DNA of 64,000 nt from the NCBI GenBank assembly GCA_013239625.1, contig MU053934.1:4358399-4422398 (forward strand), in the 5' to 3' direction. Both the position numbers and the translations under genes were made by a program. Below are positions 60,740-64,000 of the stretch, one piece after another (positions within the stretch are counted from its first letter, which is position 1; each line of letters starts with the position of its first letter). Source of the stretch: Lama guanicoe. Lineage: Eukaryota. The notes beneath the pieces were generated by a model that ran no database searches, was not told the DNA's origin, and saw only the letters and a program-made list of their open reading frames with translations.

Positions 60740-63230
60740 AAGAAATAGATTTACACTGCCTTTTTTTGTCAGGAGCAACGGAAGCCAGCCGGAAGGCTGT
60801 AGAAAGATACATCCAAAGCCCTGAGAGAAAATAACCATCATCTGAGAAATTTAGTGAAAATGTATTTCTAGATTTACGTACCCAGTGAAAATATCTTTCC
60901 AGAACGAGGTGAAACAATAACATTTACAAACACAAAAACTAAGACTTTGCCACGAGCAGAGACCCTCCCTAAAGGAAATTCCAACGGAGGAACTTCAGGC
61001 AGGAGGAAGATGATCACAGACAGACGTCTGATGCAATAGGGAATAAAGAACAATGAAGAACATTGATAATGTAAAACAATAACAATGTCTTCTGGACAAA
61101 AATAGAATTAAAATACACAACAACGGCATAGAACTTAAATGGAGTAAAGGGTTCTGAGATCCTTATATTCTTCAGGAGGAAAAATGAAAATAAATATCAA
61201 ATGTACTTAGACTTTGATGAGTTAAGAATGCAAGTTGTCATTACCAGGATAAACACAAAGAATAGAAATGCAGTGTATAGTATTTAGCCAAATTATTAGA
61301 GGGGGAAATAGAATAAGAAAATCAACCCAGTTGATCCTAAAGCAAGAAAGAATGGAGAGAAAAATAAATACAAGACAGGTGGGACAAATAAATGACAGAT
61401 ATAAATTCAAATGTCCTATAATTCAATAAATACAAGTGGACTAAATTGTAGTTAAAATACAAAGATTATCAGACTGGATAAAAATACAACTACATGCAAT
61501 TTACAAGAGATATCCATAAGAGACATTTCCAAAACATAAGGATACTGAAAAGGTGAAAGTAAATGCGTGGTAAAAAAAAAAATATATATATATATATATC
61601 ATGCAAAGGCTAATGAAAAGAAGGCTGGCGCAAATTATTTTCGTATCGGGACGAAAAATCACTAGAGATAAAGAAGCTCACTTCATAATGCAGATGGTCC
61701 AATTGACCAGAAAGATAGAACAATTTCAAATTTGTATGCAAATACCACAGTCTTAAAATATAAGAAATATGAAGAAAAGAACTACACACAGAAATAGACA
61801 AATCCACAATTATAATGGGAGATTGAAAAACACATCCCTCTGTAATTGGTAGAACAAGCAGAAATATGTTCAATTAGGGTATTACTAAGAAACTTCACTA
61901 GTGGACTTTTACAGAACACTATGGCTAAAACTGCAGAATATTCTCCTTTTCAAGACGTGAAATATTTTCAAAACCAGTAAATCTCAAGAAATTTCAAACG
62001 TCTTAAATCATACAGAGTACATTCTCTGACCATAGCACAAATAAGCCAGAGATCAATAACAAAAAAATAATTTCAAAAGCCCCATATGTTGGGAAATTTA
62101 GAAATGTGTTTCTAAATAACAGATGGATCAAAGAAGAAAGCATAATGGAAATTATAAAATATTTGAAACTGAGAATGGAAATATCACATATTAAAAATTG
62201 TGGCTACAGCTAAAGCATGACTTAAAGGGGCGTTTATGGCCTTTCGTGCTTATATTAGAAAAGAGAAAAGGCTGAAAATAGTAAGTAAGCTCCCATCTCA
62301 AGAGAGTAGAAAAAGAACAGTAAAGTAAACCAAAGAAAATAAAAGTGAGGACAGGATACAGTTAAGAGCAGAAAGTAATGAAAAGGATCAACAAAAGCAA
62401 AACTTATTTCTATGAAAACACTAGTTGTACTGACAACCCTCTGGTGAAACTGATCAAGAAAAAAAAGAGAAGGCACAGTCAATCTATATCCAGAATGAAG
62501 AGCTTAAAGAGTCTGCAGACCCTAAGAAAAAGAAAAGATAAAAATGAGTAGGAATAACTGTTACAATAGCATTAGCGTTTTAATGAAATGAATAAATTCC
62601 TAGAAAAATATACCTTACCAAAACAGACTCAAGAGAAAACTTCACATTGTAACTGATTATACTTTAATTTAAAAAAAGAGAGAAAACCTAAATGAGCACC
62701 ATTCCTGGTCATAGTACCAAAGTATTTAACAACCAGGCACTGAATATTCATAACAAGTGCCAGCCTTAGCACTGAGCGGAGTCCAAGAGCCCCCTGGCTA
62801 TGCACACATTCTCTCTTCGATCTGTGTGTCATCAGAAGGTCTGGGGAATCTGGGGCAGCCATGGAGGGGTTGTTGCACTTAGTGGGTTGGGAGTGGTGGC
62901 TGTGTACCAACAGGTATGAAACTATTTTGGCACATTAGCAATCTGACGTTCCATGGCGCCAGCTGAAAATCAGACCTCCTCACAACCATTAAAGGAATTG
63001 AATTGATCATCAGTAGTGTTCCCACAAAGAAAACTCAGGCCCAGAGGGCTTCATCTATGAGTTATTTAAAGAAGAAATAATTCCAGCTGTGCCCCTAGTT
63101 TTCCACATTTTAGAAAAAGAGGGAATCTTTCCCAATTCTTTTTACAATATAAAAAAGAAAATTGTAGGTCAGTGTCACTCATGAATAGAAATACAGAAAT
63201 CCTAAACAAAACATTAGCAAAGCTAAGAGT
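60740..63230 (+). mobile_element. Old L1M fragments (ORF1 end / ORF2 endonuclease region)
   Basis: A-rich degraded L1 phrases (cattctctgaccatag, gatggatcaaagaagaa). Confidence 0.7.
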
Positions 63231-64000
63231 GGAATCACTGGGTTGTAAATGGCAAGTATTTAAGAAACTGTCAAACTGTTCTCTACAATGGCTGGACTAT
63301 TTCCCATTTCCATGAGCATTGTGTGAAGAGTTCCATTGCTCCACAGCCTTGCCAACACTTGATGTCATCAATTTCCATTTTAGCTATTTAGTGCATGTGT
63401 ACTGACAGAGTGTAGAGAATTTGCATTTCTCTAATGACTATAGATACTGAGCATCTTTTCATGTGCTTATTTGCTGTTTGTATATCCTCTTAAGTAAAAT
63501 GTGTTTTCAAACATTTTGTCCATTTTAAAAATCAGGTTGTCTTCTTATTTTTGAGTTATAAGAATTATTTAAATAGCCCAAGTCCTTCACCAGATGTATG
63601 TTTTACAAATATTTCCTCCCAGACTGTGGCTTGTCTTTTAATTTTCTTAATAGTGTCTTTCAAAGAACAAAAGCTTTTGCTTTTAGGTGCATGATCTATT
63701 ATGCATTAATTTTTGTATATGATATGAGGTAAGGATCTGGTTTGTTGTTTTTCCATATGGTTATCCATCTGGTTAACTTCTATAAAAAAAAAAGACTAAT
63801 AAAATTTTATTAAGATTATTTTGAGTCTTTAGTTCAATTTGCAAAGGACTGACATCTTAGCAGTATTGAATTTCCAACCCATGAAAATGTTATAATGCTC
63901 CATTTAACAACATTTAACATTTAATTCTCATATAATTTGTTTCAACAATGTTGACATTTTCAGCAGTGTTCTGTAGTTTCAAGTGTGTAGTTGCTACCCA
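63230..64000 (-). mobile_element. Old L1M ORF2 3' fragment, antisense
   Basis: T-rich; ttgcatttctctaatgact...gagcatcttttcatgtgctta. Confidence 0.75.

Noticed and set aside
62641..62962. Non-L1 insert within the old L1, first suspected to be a retrocopy
   Set aside because: No recognisable coding frame or clear TSD; more likely a DNA-transposon fragment; cannot be assigned without a search.
1..64000. Prokaryotic-type systems (CRISPR arrays, operons, IS elements)
   Set aside because: The sequence is mammalian with spliced genes; no regularly spaced direct repeats were seen.

Overview
Mammalian (eutherian) genomic DNA, most likely camelid, because it carries two tRNA-derived SINEs of Vic-1 type. 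The window covers the APOBEC3 locus and the adjacent CBX7 gene. On the + strand I reconstructed an intact 5-exon APOBEC3Z1 (A3A-like, 189 aa), an intact APOBEC3Z2 and an intact APOBEC3Z3 (A3H-like). Their splice phases allow Z2, Z2-Z3 read-through (419 aa) and Z3-only products. CBX7 (6 coding exons, 251 aa) lies on the - strand. Two features do not show in the ORF track. The first is a heavily decayed, intron-containing fourth APOBEC3-like gene between Z1 and Z2 (about 11.5-13.9 kb) with a broken HVE-x28-PCxx* zinc motif and mixed Z1/Z2 features. The second is a 324-bp, ~99% identical, ISRE-containing promoter block shared by Z2 and Z3, although their flanks are diverged; this suggests promoter gene conversion. 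The Z3 copy is followed by two tandem copies of exon 1 with no in-frame ATG. The rest is LTR, L1, SINE and DNA-transposon debris, several elements nested. Everything was read by eye; repeat family names and comparisons with other species come from memory and need database confirmation.
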